Source of the DNA: Candidatus Babeliales bacterium
GTDB lineage: Bacteria > Babelota > Babeliae > Babelales > JANWKD01
Direction: 5' to 3'
Length of the DNA: 64,000 bases
Assembly (NCBI GenBank): GCA_963762115.1
Contig: CAVXJH010000003.1
Coordinates: forward strand, 352,001-416,000
Part shown: positions 61,841 to 64,000 of the stretch, piece by piece
How the letters are laid out: each line of letters opens with the position of its first letter
How positions within the stretch are numbered: the first letter of the stretch is position 1
Made by a program: the position numbers and the translations under genes
The notes under the pieces: generated by a model
What the model was told of the DNA's origin: nothing
Database searches by the model: none
What the model saw: only the letters and a program-made list of their open reading frames with translations

Positions 61841-62895
61841 TTTTGCAAAAAAGCCCTGATATTTTTGGCACCTTTTGATGTAATAAAACCCTTTGATAAT
61901 GTAGTCAATTCCCTTAAAGGTTCAAAATGCGTAACATCAATCGGCAAAGGCGTTTGAGAAAAACTGTTCACATCACGAGAATAATCTTTTCCTAATGTAA
62001 CAGTATTTTTATAATCCAATGTTTCAAGAACCTTTGCAACACGTTCTGTATGAAGACTACCTGCTAGTACAAAAATGTGTTTAAAAGAATCTGCTTGAGT
62101 AAAAATTGTGTGCACTATGCGAGCATCAATAAATTCTACATCATAAGCACCCATTAAACAGCTAACAACATTTGCTTCGCTCAAATCTTTTACTGATGAA
62201 CCATACATATTCTCTAAGGTTTCTCTAAATACATCTTCATAGCTAATTTTATCTCTCAAAAGCTTTAAAGGAAAATCAGATTTGCTCATACATTCAAATA
62301 GCCCTAAACAATCTTTTTTAGTTTTCTCATAAGTATCCAATACTTTCCTATAACAGTTATTGAGTTTTTCATTATCATCATAACTATAAATTTCTTCGGC
62401 TATTTTCTCGCCTCTGTCAAAAACTACTGATGCTTTAATATCAATACTAGAATTAAAAATAGACAATAATTTAATCTGCCTAAATTCAATGTTTTTATGG
62501 GGAATCTTATTATAAAAACAATACGAACTAAACCCAATTAATGGACTTCCCAATAAACTTAATTCTTTTTCTTTAAGTTCTTTTTGATCGTAAAAAAAAT
62601 TTGAATAATCAATTCGCACTGGATCATCAATGGTGGAATCCAACGAAGATAAAGGCATTTGGCTATCTTCAACAATAACAAATCCATCATTCATTTTTAT
62701 AAAATTTGAAAGATCATTTCGTTGTTTATTACATATTTCCGATATTTGATCATTGTTTTTTTCGCCTAATCTATGATGATCATATAATAAAATTACTTTA
62801 GAATCACCATTTGACCATTCTTCAATTTTATAAACAAAACCAAACAAATGAGAACAAGAAAAAAGTAAGAAAAACAGTAAGCTATAAAATTTCAT
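61834..62895 (-). CDS. Exported hypothetical protein
   Basis: Signal peptide, SD agggg; motifs VILLYDHH, VIVED, VLAGSLH. Confidence 0.7.
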   Translation of the reverse strand: MKFYSLLFFLLFSCSHLFGFVYKIEEWSNGDSKVILLYDHHRLGEKNNDQISEICNKQRNDLSNFIKMNDGFVIVEDSQMPLSSLDSTIDDPVRIDYSNFFYDQKELKEKELSLLGSPLIGFSSYCFYNKIPHKNIEFRQIKLLSIFNSSIDIKASVVFDRGEKIAEEIYSYDDNEKLNNCYRKVLDTYEKTKKDCLGLFECMSKSDFPLKLLRDKISYEDVFRETLENMYGSSVKDLSEANVVSCLMGAYDVEFIDARIVHTIFTQADSFKHIFVLAGSLHTERVAKVLETLDYKNTVTLGKDYSRDVNSFSQTPLPIDVTHFEPLRELTTLSKGFITSKGAKNIRAFLQNY

Positions 62896-63006
62896 ATTTC
62901 CCCTAAAACACGTTATAATAATTAGCGATTTATATTATACATTTTATATAAATATTTATATTTGTCAATTTTTTTATGAAAATTTCAGGGTAAAACAGGG
63001 AAAACA

Positions 63007-64000
63007 TTGAAAAAGCACTATAAAAAATATACCTGCAACCTCTTCATGGTCATTTTTCTAATAATAAGCATATTTTCAACACATGGCATGGAAGAACTAA
63101 CTTCAAATAAAACCATTGAGGATTATTATGGCAACCTTTTTACGGGAGACGCTTCAACACTAGAAAAATGCGGCGATTTTTTTCAAACCATTAGTGATTT
63201 TGAAAATGACTCTGATAATGTTTCATTACTCCAAAGTATGAGACATCAAATAGTTCATGCATCTCCTGATGAAAAAACCATCGAAGACTATCATGGCATC
63301 ATTTTTACCGCGCCCGCTTCAACAATAGAAAAATGTGGCTTATTTCAAAACATTGGTGAATTTGAAGATGATTTTGATTTTAAGTCACCAGATATTTGGA
63401 ATCAATTATTTAGTAGAAGATTTCCTAAACGTGATATCAGTTTTTTTAAAGCAACGGCTGCTGACATACCTCTTTCAAAAGAAATTTTAAAAGCTGCCTT
63501 TGAATGCATCACACCTTTTTTTGAAAAAGCTGAATCCCCTGAAGACAAAAGAGAAAAAAGTGAAAAAATTCACGCTATGCTCGAGTCAATTTCAAAAGAT
63601 CAGATGCGATCAATTTTTTCTGTCATTAATTATCTTGGCCCCCAAAAAGAAAAAGTAGCTAAAAAACTTGCTCAACAAATGAAAGCGATAATTCCATCAA
63701 ATGAATTAAAAGAAGAAAATGAAATTGATTTTATCATTTTATCGAAGCTATATGACAAATCTATAGGTACAATTATCAAAAAAAAAGAAGAAACGGCATA
63801 TTTCGATTCGCTAAAGCCTAAAGAACTTAATTTCCAAAAAATGAATATCGAATCCCTGCAAGGTATCGAACATATTAAAATTGATAAAAATAACATTAGT
63901 ACGTTACGTCTTAGTAACAATAAATTAACAACCTTAAATATTAAAAATCTTTTAGAAATATTTCCCAACCTTAAACATATCGATGCTGAGCATAATCTAA
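63007..64000 (+). CDS. Secreted BTB/SKP1-like plus LRR protein, runs off window end
   Basis: Manual translation from TTG 63007: signal peptide ...STHG-MEEL, duplicated KTIEDY.G..FT..AST.EKCG, FSVINYLG, then LRLSNNKLTTL, FPNLKHIDAEHNL. Confidence 0.75.
   Translation, partial: MKKHYKKYTCNLFMVIFLIISIFSTHGMEELTSNKTIEDYYGNLFTGDASTLEKCGDFFQTISDFENDSDNVSLLQSMRHQIVHASPDEKTIEDYHGIIFTAPASTIEKCGLFQNIGEFEDDFDFKSPDIWNQLFSRRFPKRDISFFKATAADIPLSKEILKAAFECITPFFEKAESPEDKREKSEKIHAMLESISKDQMRSIFSVINYLGPQKEKVAKKLAQQMKAIIPSNELKEENEIDFIILSKLYDKSIGTIIKKKEETAYFDSLKPKELNFQKMNIESLQGIEHIKIDKNNISTLRLSNNKLTTLNIKNLLEIFPNLKHIDAEHNL

Noticed and set aside
63672..63968. 98-aa minus-strand ORF
   Set aside because: Antisense shadow of the open plus-strand LRR gene

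Overview
AT-rich bacterial chromosomal window. Gene content suggests an obligate intracellular parasite of protists, most likely Candidatus Babelota (Dependentiae/TM6); this is an inference from two tandem Npt-type nucleotide translocases, a histone H1-like protein, many signal-peptide proteins with eukaryote-like domains and a short ThrRS. The backbone is housekeeping: PhoH-like, thrS, nth, xerC, mrdA, rpsT, rpmB, ftsH, tolQ-R-A-B, cca, cfa, dsbD, hpf, der, dnaX, SRP RNA, tRNA-Ala(GGC), tRNA-Ser(GGA), rpsB, lon, cmk, recJ, lysS, sod, ftsB, rapZ, S41 protease. The most notable items are: (1) an FtsH with two complete tandem AAA+ modules; (2) a two-gene cassette, YeeB-like SF2 helicase with four Trp-rich repeats plus a HEPN-motif protein (candidate defence module); (3) a 1924-aa secreted fibre built from shuffled 11/14/29-residue modules rich in CC pairs and NGT sequons; (4) secreted SKP1/BTB-like domains fused to WD40 or LRR repeats; (5) a recurrent Met right after predicted signal peptides of candidate effectors; (6) related hairpins abutting both tRNA 3' ends. 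No CRISPR array, transposase, reverse transcriptase or prophage was seen. All family assignments come from motif recognition by eye, not database searches.
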